A DNA stretch of 64,000 bases from Nemertoderma westbladi (lineage: Eukaryota; Animalia; Xenacoelomorpha): positions 1 to 64,000 of the forward strand of contig JAUCBJ010005572.1 of NCBI GenBank assembly GCA_032718475.1, in the 5' to 3' direction. This document shows positions 49,006-60,785 of the stretch, piece after piece. Position numbers and translations under genes: made by a program. Each line of letters opens with the position of its first letter. Position 1 is the stretch's first letter. The notes under the pieces were generated by a model, which was given only the letters and a program-made list of their open reading frames with translations, was not told where the DNA came from and searched no databases.

Positions 49006-50337
49006 TTACATGAAGTAAATATTCCACCCCCTTATTTTAGCTATTAACATATGAATTAACAGAGTTAATATTAGTGGCAAACCAAACATACTGAATATAC
49101 AGCATGCCATTGGGAAACCAAAGTAGTCAGTTAGTAAGCCACCGAGTATGGGTCCTAAAATATTGCCGAGCGAAATGGTTATCTTCAATCCAGTCTGTAG
49201 GAGAGTCCTGGTGTCTACGTTGTCATGACATCCCCCGGGTCCTAGTGCGATTCGAGTCTGCAACTCCAGACCAGGGTGGCGGGTTATCCCTGTAGTTATG
49301 CCCAATAGTGCGCAACCTAAAATCGATGAAGCGAAACCAGACGACCCATCTTCGTTATTGGTAGGTCCAATAAGTTGCATGGTAACGGGAGTCAATAAGT
49401 AACCCAAAACAGTTGGATATGTTGGGTTAATTTGCGGGTATTTCTGCATCAAGTGAGCGGATAAGAGTCCGAGAGAGGAAGAAACCAATGGATAAATCGC
49501 GAAAATACCTCCGATCTCGTTCTGGTTTTTATGGAAAACTCGGTGTAAATGCAAGGCGTAATTCGCTGTGACCATCATGATGCATCCTTTATGGTAGGCT
49601 TGGATGAGAGCTAATATAGAAATACTGAAGTTTTTGTATAGACTCCAGTAAGAGGGTCTGTTTCCAATGGACTCGGGCCTATCAGTAAGAATCGCTGGAG
49701 ACTCCACATAAGAGTAGAGGCAAATTATGGTAAACAGAGCTCCAGGTACGACAAATGTTGCGAGGAATCCGATATTAGCGTACGCCAAGGCGCCAAAGGT
49801 GGGACCAGAGGCAGACCCTATTATTGATGCGATAACAGCCAGACCGGAGAAGAAAGTCCTATGTCTTGGAAACACATCCATTAGTAGACTGTAACCATAG
49901 TTGCAACTAATATTGAGACCTATTGCTTCGAAGATCCTGAGTGCGAAACACACAATAATATACACGATGTTGTTGGAGATATACTCTACGAACCCGAAGC
50001 AAAGAAGGGAGATTGCGCCAAATGTTCCAAAGACGGCGAGAGATACACGAGTTCCTAAGGAGTTAATTGTGAGAATAAAGAAGGAATTGATAATGATTCT
50101 CACCACAGAGAATGACGTAAATAGTGATCCGATTAGAGTGTTTGACCAGCCGCGTGGTTGAACCACCAAAGGAAAGAATGATTCTAGCAGAGTTACGCAC
50201 CAACCCGGCACGATCTGCAAGGCTGTCAACATCACCCCTAATATGATCATTCGTTTTGAGTAGGTTTGATTAGGCTGGGGACCGGTGGGTGTCTGTATGT
50301 CAGGGTTATCTTCTGGATGGCCCAGGGTCTCTGCCAT
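49006..50337 (-). CDS. MFS transporter, SLC18B1-like (443 aa, uninterrupted ORF)
   Basis: About 12 hydrophobic segments; LRIFEAIG, GSASGPTFGALAY..GF and SLGNILGPILGGLLTDYFGF motifs resemble the SLC18 vesicular amine/polyamine transporter group. Confidence 0.85.
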   Translation of the reverse strand: MAETLGHPEDNPDIQTPTGPQPNQTYSKRMIILGVMLTALQIVPGWCVTLLESFFPLVVQPRGWSNTLIGSLFTSFSVVRIIINSFFILTINSLGTRVSLAVFGTFGAISLLCFGFVEYISNNIVYIIVCFALRIFEAIGLNISCNYGYSLLMDVFPRHRTFFSGLAVIASIIGSASGPTFGALAYANIGFLATFVVPGALFTIICLYSYVESPAILTDRPESIGNRPSYWSLYKNFSISILALIQAYHKGCIMMVTANYALHLHRVFHKNQNEIGGIFAIYPLVSSSLGLLSAHLMQKYPQINPTYPTVLGYLLTPVTMQLIGPTNNEDGSSGFASSILGCALLGITTGITRHPGLELQTRIALGPGGCHDNVDTRTLLQTGLKITISLGNILGPILGGLLTDYFGFPMACCIFSMFGLPLILTLLIHMLIAKIRGWNIYFM

Positions 50338-52860
50338 GGTTTGATAAGTCTTTATCTAACAATAGAAGCCAACGGGCGAGAATTCTAGTTGGTGATATTA
50401 AATGGTACTACAAATAAAATACAAATGTCACGCACGGTTAGAATGGGAAAGCAAGCGCGGCAAGCTACTGTATGTTAGCTAAATGGAGCGATCTATATTG
50501 ATACAACATAAAAAAAACACATTTACAGCTCGTGGTGGCCATCAATTGCGTCTCAATATTACAATCACGCTTCATGCAATGAACGTGATACAGTTTTGAA
50601 ATAAGTTGTTTCATTTTTATTTAAATTTCGAATTTGAACCTAATAAACAATCATCTCCAGCAGATATTTCTTCGTGTGACCGAAACGAAAATTGTCATAA
50701 ATTTTCGCATAAAGTTTAATAAAATGGTGTCGAAAGCAACATTTTGAAATTTCGATGTAGCTACAGTAGTATAGCGCATATCGGCGTTAGCGCCCAACGT
50801 CTGTTGGGCTGTTGTGAAACTACCAGAACAAGATAAAACTGTACTGCACCAAAATAAGAGTACGAGGAAGCTACACTACAGAATAACAGTCTGTTCTTGT
50901 AGAAACACCCATGACTCTTCCCCTGCCTTGAATGGGGCCAGCCCTTTTAAAGACCACACCATCTGATTTATCTATATTTGCTTGCAGATAACTCAACTAC
51001 ACTGCTATGCTGTAAATATTAAACTAAATCCATTCACACATTCATATTCATACAGTACAATGACAGTCATAAATACATTCAATTTGTGAAAAAAGTAAGT
51101 ATAATACTGTAGCCCAGAAATGGCTGTGTGTAATTAAACCGTTTTCTGATTAAAACGTTTTTTTCATAATAACAATAACATAAAGTTTATTGAAAAACCC
51201 CTAATTTCTAAGTGAACTAAAATTGTAAAACTATATTTAAATTGTTTCTAGGTTAACCAACTGCCTTAATTTTTTAAATAAATGATGGGAAAAGAATGCA
51301 AAATCCCAAAAACAATACAATAATTAACTACATAATCGAGTGTTGGGGCTATTACTAATATAGTGATATTATGGATAAATAGATATCTATTTAATGGTAA
51401 TTCTGATCTTTAGTGTGAATGGAAAAGTTATGGCAGTGCCAATATTTCGGCCACAACATGTGATAACACGTAAGGTACTGTACTGTAAGTACAATACATA
51501 CAGTAGTTAATAGTTATAGTGTTGAATGTCAGAATTTAGAACACAACAGTAGCCTACCGTTAAATGTTTAAGGTTATACGTAGCCAGATGCATCCCGACT
51601 CGCCCTGTTAAAGGCCTGTTATTTGTGTAATAATTAATTTTTTTAATAATTTTTAATAATTTTTTTTCAATAATTATATTACATGACTTCGTCAAAATAG
51701 TAACACTGAAAAAATATTTTTGATGACAATAAATATCCGACCTGCATATTTCCATTATGTGTACCCCGCCCGGTGATCTTGGCCCACAGCTATAATTGCA
51801 GATGAACTATAACTACACGTAAATCAACTATTGAATTGAATATGTAAAACATTGATTCATAATAGCTTACAACACTGCATCTAAAGTATTTGATAATTAT
51901 TGTAAATTATATGTAATAAATTCTCCATTTTTTTTCCTTGAATAACGTGGAATGAACAGGAAACAGAGTACCAGATGTTGGCAATGAAATGATCGTAAAA
52001 CTTATCATCATTTCTATTATCGAAACATTTGGCAGAAACATCGCGATTGCTATAAACATACTGTATTAGCATTGACTTACTGACTGACTGGATCTACAGT
52101 CAAACAGGCTAACCGTATTCTACGGTCCCTGGGATGATCGGCTTCTCCGCCCATAGGCTGGACTCGAAAAATAGACATAAACGAAAAAGCGTAATAGGCG
52201 CAATGATAAAAACACCAGCTGGCACTCATAAAAATGGATAGAGATGGCCTAGTAATGATATTCTATAGGAATGGCTGTTACGGGAGCGATCCCTGATGCA
52301 CTTCGGCACAGTGCATTGTAACTAACCTACAAGGTTTCGATGTCCTGACATTAGGCCGCCTCCAATATACAGTACACCATGTCCCAGAATATAGTGTCGT
52401 ATTTCAATGACCCTCCCCCCCCCCCCCCCCCCCCAATTTTTCTACAAATCTTAATGAGATTGCATGCAATTTGAAACAGAGATAGTTTCACCTCCCGACC
52501 ACTAACTGGGTGAGCCAGAATTTTTGTTTTTGCTTTCAATCTTTAGCTACAAGTGTTTAAGAAACACTATACTATTTCTTGTTGTCTCTTTTACTTGAAA
52601 TAAAAAGTCGGTTCCTTTTCGGGCCGCTAGGCCCGTCACGACTATTTCCCTCTAATGCGTTCCAAATTTCTGACCTCCTAAAACCTGATAAAAATAGTTG
52701 TTATTAAAATGGACTAAAATTAACTGGATCTGGACAGCAATAATATCCGGGCACCTAGAGACGAGCTTTTTGTGTAAATTCATCGAGAAGTTTTACCTCT
52801 AGCCTTCCTAATTTATTATTGGTGTTTTGGGGAATGAGTAGTTTTCATATTAATATAACA

Positions 52861-53146
52861 TTTGTTGGGCGCAGCTTTGCAAAGTTGGCAATAACGTCAA
52901 GGTGGGATCGAACTGGTGACCTCCGGGTTGGAAGTCTGACGCTCTAACCATTCAGCTAGCGTTAAATTTCTCCGTGTCTTCATGGCCTCCCATCGGATGG
53001 GAGGCGGATGGGAAGTATTTCCTGGTCTACCTTATACCTGAGCCGCTAACTGAATGGTTAAAGCGACAGACTTCCAACCCGGAGGTCACCAAGTTCGATT
53101 CCACCTGGACTTCATTGCCGACTTTGCAAAGCTGTGCCCAACAAAA
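52861..53146. mobile_element. Inverted pair of tRNA-derived (SINE-head-like) sequences
   Basis: 52861-52961 (-) and 53044-53146 (+) are ~100-bp inverted repeats with an A-box-like TAACTGAATGG, a B-box-like AGTTCGATTCC and a CTTCCAA loop. Confidence 0.65.
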
Positions 53147-54113
53147 GGTTAAAAACAACAGTATCACGGAGTAACACTAGCTACAGTATGGACTTCCACT
53201 TATTTTTCGCAAACCTATTATGAGTTAGGTTTATATTTCGGGTCTTCCTTAACCTTGCCTGCGTCGTACACTAAAATGAGCCGATGATGCGTTGCTAAAA
53301 TAATGTAACTTGTCATGTAGGCATACAAGTACAGTATAAACGTATACAGTTACATGCTTTTCATTTACAACATGTTGGTTGTTACAAGTTTTTGAAATAG
53401 CAAGATTTAACAAACCATTCTATTGGTGCGAAATCCATTAATTAATAATTTATACGTACATATTGGCTCTATATTTTTTTTTCTATATATTTATTATATA
53501 TATATATTTACAGTATATTGTGAATTTTTCTATATATTTAAATTTACGCCCCCATGCGGGGCAATTGATGACTTTATTTAGAAAATATATCTTAATTAAA
53601 ATTAACACAGTTTTAAGTAAAATATTATAAATTAAAACAAAAATAATATCCTTTAAAAGTAACCAAATAAAGGTTATATCAACGCTCGACTTGAAAGTGT
53701 TGGGGAAGAGGTACAGTTTAACACATGATAGCGGTTGGCGGCTATTTCACCGCAGGCTCATTCCATGAAAAGGTCAACCTCCCCACTAATTTCTAAAAAT
53801 GAGAATCTTTGAATTTATACTTATTTTAGGTCAAAATTTATCGTACTTCATGAATTCAGTGCTAAAAATTGTATCAACACAGGTGGTTTCTCAAAAATAG
53901 TCGAATTACAAATTATGCACCTGTTCTGCACAAAATGTGAATAAAAGTGTGCAAAAGTTTCGTTTCCTGTAGGCACTTCCTATGACCAATAAATTAACAT
54001 TTCTGAGGATGTACCAAATCAAAAACAAACCCATTTTTGATTTTTTTTAGTTTCGTTTAATTTCACCAGTGTTTAATTCCTCTGTAATGAAATCGATAAA
54101 GTTAATCATGTGA

Positions 54114-54621
54114 TGTCCCATACTTTACCTAAAATGTGAAATTTTTAGTTTTTTCACAGAGATGTAACTCAGCCTAATCACCCAGTGGAATGTAAAGCAC
54201 GTTTGTGTTGCGTCATCGTATAAAACAATTAGTTTCATTTTCACTCCCTCAGAAATATCATGGCGGCCAATTGAAAATTGTCCCATACTTTACCATTAAA
54301 ATGGCGATTATATTAGTGCACTGTATTAATGTAAAATGTGAAGCTAGGAGTGTTATTATTATAACACTCCTGGCTTCACATTTTACATTAATACAGTGCA
54401 CTAATATAATCTCTAAGGTCATAGTAGGCCGTAAGAATATGAGTCTATATTTGAACTGAGAATCATTCATCAGTCAAGTAATCTTTGGGTTTATGCATGT
54501 AAAGTCCCATACTTTACCAAAAAATAGTGAAATTTTTAATTTATACACAGAGAAGTAGTCTAACTCAGCCCAATCACCCAGTGGAATGCAAAGCACGTTT
54601 GTGTTGCGTCATCTTAAGAAA
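54114..54621. repeat. ~390-bp repeated unit with GTCCC(A/G)TACTTTAC motifs; second unit is split by copy B and resumes at 62559-62815
   Basis: 54165-54340 matches 54560-54621 joined to 62559-62680; the motif recurs near 63328, 63351 and 63540. Confidence 0.75.
54306..54411. repeat. 106-bp palindrome (51-bp arms, 4-nt loop, one mismatch)
   Basis: GATTATATTAGTGCACTG...GGAGTGTTAT tatt ATAACACTCC...CAGTGCACTAATATAATC. Confidence 0.93.
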
Positions 54622-55214
54622 TGTGAGCGGATTCAATTCCGCATCACCAACCCCCATACAGTTGGAAAGGGCGCCTTTAAGCAATATTGGGAAGTACGAG
54701 GTTGATTACCAATCAACCTCGTATCACCCCCAATAACGGGCACAATACACAGCCCCAAAGAGCCACACAATAGAGGTTAGAGGTCAAGCTACCTCGAGGA
54801 GAGAGAGTAACAGCAGCGGGGGGAAGCACTCCCACAGAGGTGAAGGCGAGAAGTAGGTTATCAACCAATGGGGGGACAGGAAAGGCATCCGCTGAGTAGT
54901 AGGGCCAAGGTAATGTAGGGTGATTAGATATATATTACCGGTCAATGTTTGTGCCATTTAGTTTACTCAGTAGTTTACTCAGTCACTTAGGGTAGTACGG
55001 TGACACTTTAAGACCGTCACCGCCGTCACCAATCAGTTACCATATCATTACCGGTCAACTGTGCTATCTCAGTATCTGTTATCACCTATATTATATATAT
55101 ATTACCGTTCAAGTTTATTAACAACACTGGAACAACAGACTCTCTTTTTCCATCACACAGTGCGGCTGACGCGTACATAAACCAAACTGGTCGGGATCCT
55201 CTGATCCCATCACA
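54622..55214 (+). repeat. 5' LTR of copy B
   Basis: TG..CA ends; carries 65 bp absent from the 3' LTR, plus roughly 9 substitutions. Confidence 0.93.
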
Positions 55215-55241
55215 GTCTTAAAGTCTAAGAACTGCCAAATT

Positions 55242-58200
55242 GTGACTGCCAGCCACCAGAGAAGAACAGAGTTAAGAGATGAGTTAAGAAGGAGAGACGA
55301 CACCGTCGCGGACCCCGGACGACGACCTAACGATCCGCGAGGCCGCAACGCGATGGTATCAACCCACGATGCCGGGTTCGTCGACAATAGACGATCCGGC
55401 AATCCAAGCGGAGGGGGCCGTCTACAAAGAGGAACGATCGAGTCGAGAAAAGGGAGAGACAAGTCGACGCACGACGGCGGTCGAGGTACCGATGTCGCCG
55501 GCCAACCACAGGCCGAGGGTGACGGACGGCCCACCAGAACGGCGATGGTGGGGCCGCCGGTTTGACGCCGAACATGGAGAGAAAGAGGGGATGTCGGCAA
55601 CGAGGACGTCGGAGTCAGCGACTGGCTCCGACGGGCCTACAATGCGATGAGGAAACAGATGAAGGAAGCTAAGGAGGGGCAAAACTGGACCAGGTGAAAC
55701 TAGATCAGCGACTAGGTGAGTCGAACAAACATTTTAACTATCTAGTTCGATTTGGGCAAGGAAAGTTGGCGGGTGAAAGAGCGAGAGAGACTGCCACTGA
55801 ACTGTTCGAACTGTGGCAATCTAGGGGTGTAGTGTACATAGGGCCATACTTAGTGGATGCCAGGGGAATTAAGTTAGTGGGTTGGGCGGGACCGCGGGAG
55901 GGCAAATCCGAGGTTAACCCCAAGGATTCGGTCTCGTCGGTCGGTGAAAACCTCAGAAAGCGGGGGAAAGTTAGTAGGACGAGGAGGCGACGGGAGTCCG
56001 TCACGACCGACAAGTCTGCTACATCCTCCGCAAAAGTAAGAAGGGTGCTAGAAATAGATCTGGCGTGCCAGTTGGATATCGTGGTGCTAGACCAAAAGGA
56101 GTTAGAGAGGCAGTTGGAGGAGGGAGCTGCGTTGCTAGAGAGAGAGAGAGAGAGAGTTGGCGAGGGAGTGTAAAGAGAGAGCTGATAGGGTAGCCAGGAA
56201 CTGTAGGGAGAAAGAAGAGAGGGAGAAAGAGAAGCGCGAGGAGCGAGAAGGGAGGGAGAAAGAGGAGCGCGAGAGGGAGAAAGAGGAGCGCAAGAGGGAG
56301 AAAGAGGAGCACAAGAGGGAGAAAGAGGAGCGAGAAGGGAGGGAGAAAGAGGAGCGCGAGAGGGAGAAAGAGGAGCGCAAAGAACAAGAAGTGAGAGAGG
56401 CAGCAAGGGTGGAGAGAGAAACAAATGAACATAGAGAGCGGGTTGCGAGAGAGGCAGAGTTGGCCGAGCAAAGTTTACGAGAGGATAGAGAGAGGGAGAG
56501 AGAGGGGAAGCGTATGCGGGATGATATGCATACCCGGCTAAGAGGGCTTATGCAGTATCAGGCCAAGCAGAAGCGCCGACTAGAACTGGCGCAGTTGGGG
56601 CTATCAGAGAGTGAGGCTGGCTCGGGTAGTATTTACGAGGAGCCAGAGGTAGTGAAAACGTTTGTTAATACCCCACTTACAGGCACCGAGAGAACCAGAA
56701 CTGGTGTAGCCGTACGGGCGGGGGGGGGGGGGGGGGGGTAATAATAATACGTTAGGAGATATTAATATTAATAGTACTGTAGTAGATAACCCTAATCAAA
56801 CTTTTATTACAGGAAATAGTATTTTACCCGGTGATTTAAATACAAATAATCCAAATAATAATTTAAACCCAAATATCCAAAATAATCCAAATAATAATAT
56901 TAATTTAAATATAGAAAATAATAATTCTAATTCAAATATTCCAAATAATTCGATTAATAATTTAAATTTAGAAAATAATAATAATTCTAATTTAAATAAT
57001 TTAAATAATAATATTGATAACGGCTCTATTAATACTAATGTAGACACAGGTAGTCCAGCCAACGAGGGCCTGCAAGGCCACGCAGTTAGTGCGCAGGGAG
57101 TAGCGGGGGTGAGAGACCCCGAACGGGGCCTGGTAGGCCACGTAGTTAGTAGGCAGGGAGTAGCGGGGGTGAGTCAACCCGACGGGGGCCTGTCAGGCCA
57201 CGCAGTTGCACAGGGAGAGGCGGGGGTGAGTAGACCCAGCCGCAGTAGAGACAGTGCGTCGACTAGAGAGGGGTGTAGAAGTGAAGTAAGAGATAGTGAA
57301 GTTAGAAGTGGCGAGTGGCGAGTGGGGGGGGCTACGGGCGCCCCACCACGGAAGATTAGTGGCGAGAGAGGGGGGCAGAGAATGCCCCGCAAGGGGGGCG
57401 TAGAAGTGAAGTAAGAGATAGTGAAGTAAGAAGTGGCGGGTGTGGGGGGGCTACGGGCGCCCCACCACGAGAGATTAGTAGCAAGAAGGGGGGGCAGAGA
57501 ATATCCCACAGGTGTCGGCGGATAATGCGTGGGGCAAGTTAGGTGAACTGCGGCAGCCGACGACGGAGAATAGTAGGGGGATGGCGAGTATCCCCAGGAG
57601 GGTCCAGCCGGACAGAGTAGAGACAGATGTTAGCACCGAGAGTGGGCGAGCGAGAAGATGTCAGTCGGAAGAGAGAAGAAGATTAGTAGAGTTTAACCGG
57701 GAGGTCGAAGAGAGAAGAAGTGAAGAGAATAATAGAAGAGTCGTTGCTAGGAGCAACCGGAGAGCAAGGACGGATAGAGAGCCGTCGATATTAGAGATGG
57801 AGTTAGGGAGTCAGTGGGGTCGAACTCTGGGAGATTGCCGTCGCCCCGGAGAAACGCACCGCACGCCAAGAGAGGGGTACAGGATGTACCGATATGAAGA
57901 CGGAAACAGGAGAGGGGATCGAAGAGAAACTTCCCGACGGGATATAGCTGCCGATCGAGAGTACGGTAGTCGCGGGGAGATTCGAGATTTGAGAAGATTA
58001 AACTTCGGTTCGGAAGGGCACATGCAGACTGCAGGACATACTGTAGGCCTTACTGCACATACTATTATAGGCCATACTGGGAGAGATAGTGTAGGCGATA
58101 GGGTAGCGCGAACGATGGGATTAAACCCGGAAGTCACGGAGTACATGCCGGTAGGTAGGCAAGAAGTGGATAGGCCTATATCGGTACCAGCACAGCAGCA

Positions 58201-58595
58201 TGACTATAATATCCAGGGACATAACATATATCCAGGGGAGGGGAGAGTTATTGCAAATAGATGTATGGGCCCCAATATATTAACATCAACCCCAGTACCA
58301 AACATACCGGTGGGGGGGGGGGGGGGGACAGGGTGACATTCCTCCATTACAACATCAACAATATACTCGAACAGCAACGAGAACATCGAACCCCCTGGAC
58401 GAGAACAGGTCGTGCGACATGGAGATATGGAGGGGGCCGTTACCCCCAATGATATATCCAACTCAAACAAAATCAACAGACAGGACGGGCGGACCGCACC
58501 CAACAGGAGAATCTGTACAGCGTCCTTCGAACCCATTGGAAGCACAGGCAATGGGAATGGCGACACTAATCGATGCATTAAAGACCAGGATCTAG
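55242..58595 (+). pseudogene. Fragmented N-terminal polyprotein of copy B (Glu/Arg coil, Asn-rich tract, Arg-rich region)
   Basis: ORFs 55694-56173, 56157-56741, about 56737-57414 and 57512-58336 are homologous to copy A; nonsense TAG at 58593-58595 (KTRI*LPP vs KTRIELPP). Confidence 0.7.
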
Positions 58596-58661
58596 TTACC
58601 ACCAGTCGAGCCATTTAAATTTGACGGAAGTAGGCCGGAAGAATACCTGCAATTTCGGCGC

Positions 58662-60785
58662 ATGTATAGCAACGAGATATTAAGTAATAACTTGACGCAG
58701 GCGGAGTGCCTAAAATATCTACAGGTATATACAGGAGGCCCAGCGTATGACATCATGAGGCAGTATCAGGGCATCGAGGGCGGCTTCACGACTGCATGGC
58801 GGGCGCTAGACAGGGAATACGGACACCCAGCCAAGATCATCCAGCAGACCCTGAGGGGTATAACATCAGGTGGCCTACAAGACAACCCTGTTAGCATAAA
58901 GACCTTTGCGAACAAGGTCGAGAAGGCGTTAATCGTACTGAAGACATTAGACGCGCCATACGAACTCAACGCATCTAATAACATCACCACGATAGCGCAG
59001 GCACTGTCGATCTGGCTGCGGAGCAAGTGGAGGAAGATCGCCTTCTCCACCCGGGAGAAGAAAGGTGCGGAGCCAGGGCTAGAGGAAATGTCAAACTTCC
59101 TCAACTACGAAGCCAAGTTGATTACAGACCCAGTCTATAGTGAGGATAGTTTTGGGAAGGCGCCAAAGATCGAATACAACAGGCCTAAACCCAAACACAA
59201 TCCTGCAGATCCATTCCCGAGAGTAAGACAGTCACTACCACACGCAGCCACACAGGGGGCTACGAGCCCACAGTTAGCTGGGAGTAGGGCCACACCGTGG
59301 CAGGGACAGAAAGAAAATAACACCACAAATAAACATAATCCCAACATACCCAGTAGGCCGAGTCTAGATAACCAAAACACTAAATCGGTAGATATAAACC
59401 TACGCGCGATACGTGAGGGACTATACAGGGAACGCTACAATCCAGGATTCAAATGTCAATTACATCAGGATGGAACCCATAAGACCATGAGTTGTAAGCA
59501 CTGGCAAGCGTTGCCCAAACAAGATCGTATAGCCTACACAGACGCAAACGGACTATGTCATCGATGTGTGGTAAAAGGACACAGATCCGGAGAGTGTAGA
59601 GAAACAGCAATAGGAGAGGATGAGACTGGAGGCCAAACCATGGCTACAAGCATGACAATAGCAAGAAAAAAGAGGAAAGTACTACTCGGGGTAGTACCAG
59701 TGAAGATAACAGGAAGGGGCGGTCGATCAGTAACGACATTAATGCTGGTCGACAGCGGAGCCGCCTTCACGCTGGTGGAGAACTGGGTGGCCGAAGAGAT
59801 AGGGCTAAAGACAAGGCCGAATAGAATGGCGGTAACTACCGTCTCAAGTAAGGATGAGGTCCTGGAGATGAGGACGGGGCAGTGCAAGATAGCAGCGATA
59901 GCACTGGGATGCGATTATGGGGCGACGATCGACCCCATCCACGTGATAGAATCGATAAATATCAACGCCAGGCGACCAACCAACATTGAGGTCGAACAAT
60001 ATAGATTCCTGGACAGTATCGATTTCTCAATACCAGAGGTGGACGTTAGGAAGGTATCCATTATAGTAGGAATGGACTGTCCGATGGCCCACGAGAGAAT
60101 GAAGACGGTCTTCGGCGAAGACAGACAGTGGGATCCGACAGTGATCCTCATGCCGTTCGGATGGACGCTTAGCGGCCCAGTTAATACCGAGATTCCATCC
60201 AGGGTGACGGAGACATCAAGGTGCATGTTACCAGGCACCGTAGACGTTGTGGACGAAGAGGAGAAACAGGAGACAGCAGATAAACCAGATGGGGAAGTAA
60301 AAGTAAGAGAGTGGGCGGAGGAGAATGGATTTCCCAGCAGGTATCGGTATGGGGATGGAGAGGAGCGGACGCCGAGATGTCCGGAGGACAACAGTCCGGA
60401 GGAGTGTCTGGGGGAGTGTTGGAAGGAGTGTCCAGAGGAGTGTCCAGAGGAGACGCCGGTCCGGTTGAGAGGCATACCGACAAGGGGGAGGTCGAGTAAG
60501 AAGACAGGATGGAAAGGGATAGGACTACTATTGTACGTTCTGTTTTGTCTGTTCTTTCACTTTCTTTTCATTCTGCCGCCAGGAGACAACAAGGTGGGAG
60601 GTGGCATTTTGATGCCAAGAGACGAGGAAGTTAAGAAGGCGGCGGAGAGACCCGATTTTAGGGTGGTAGAAGAGGGAGAACCAATTCCTGGTGAGTTGGA
60701 ATTGGCGAAGAGAGTGCAGCGAATCCTACAGGACCTACAAGGGGAGCAGTGGGAGAGTGCCAGTTGGAAGAATCGCCCTAGTTAG
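58662..60785 (+). CDS. Bel/Pao-type Gag, protease and TM tail of copy B (707 aa)
   Basis: Colinear with 33384-35768 down to an equivalent C-terminus (QWES..WKNRPS*). Confidence 0.82.
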   Translation: MYSNEILSNNLTQAECLKYLQVYTGGPAYDIMRQYQGIEGGFTTAWRALDREYGHPAKIIQQTLRGITSGGLQDNPVSIKTFANKVEKALIVLKTLDAPYELNASNNITTIAQALSIWLRSKWRKIAFSTREKKGAEPGLEEMSNFLNYEAKLITDPVYSEDSFGKAPKIEYNRPKPKHNPADPFPRVRQSLPHAATQGATSPQLAGSRATPWQGQKENNTTNKHNPNIPSRPSLDNQNTKSVDINLRAIREGLYRERYNPGFKCQLHQDGTHKTMSCKHWQALPKQDRIAYTDANGLCHRCVVKGHRSGECRETAIGEDETGGQTMATSMTIARKKRKVLLGVVPVKITGRGGRSVTTLMLVDSGAAFTLVENWVAEEIGLKTRPNRMAVTTVSSKDEVLEMRTGQCKIAAIALGCDYGATIDPIHVIESININARRPTNIEVEQYRFLDSIDFSIPEVDVRKVSIIVGMDCPMAHERMKTVFGEDRQWDPTVILMPFGWTLSGPVNTEIPSRVTETSRCMLPGTVDVVDEEEKQETADKPDGEVKVREWAEENGFPSRYRYGDGEERTPRCPEDNSPEECLGECWKECPEECPEETPVRLRGIPTRGRSSKKTGWKGIGLLLYVLFCLFFHFLFILPPGDNKVGGGILMPRDEEVKKAAERPDFRVVEEGEPIPGELELAKRVQRILQDLQGEQWESASWKNRPS

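Noticed and set aside
53040-53112. Functional tRNA-Gly(TCC) gene
   Set aside because: Acceptor and anticodon stems do not pair; treated as a tRNA-derived repeat.
54205-54470. Mirror-image ORFs on both strands
   Set aside because: Artefact of the 106-bp palindrome.
55073-55138. 65-bp LTR difference in copy B as a spliced intron
   Set aside because: Removing a GT..AG segment does not give the 3' LTR sequence; the junction fits CAG microhomology deletion.
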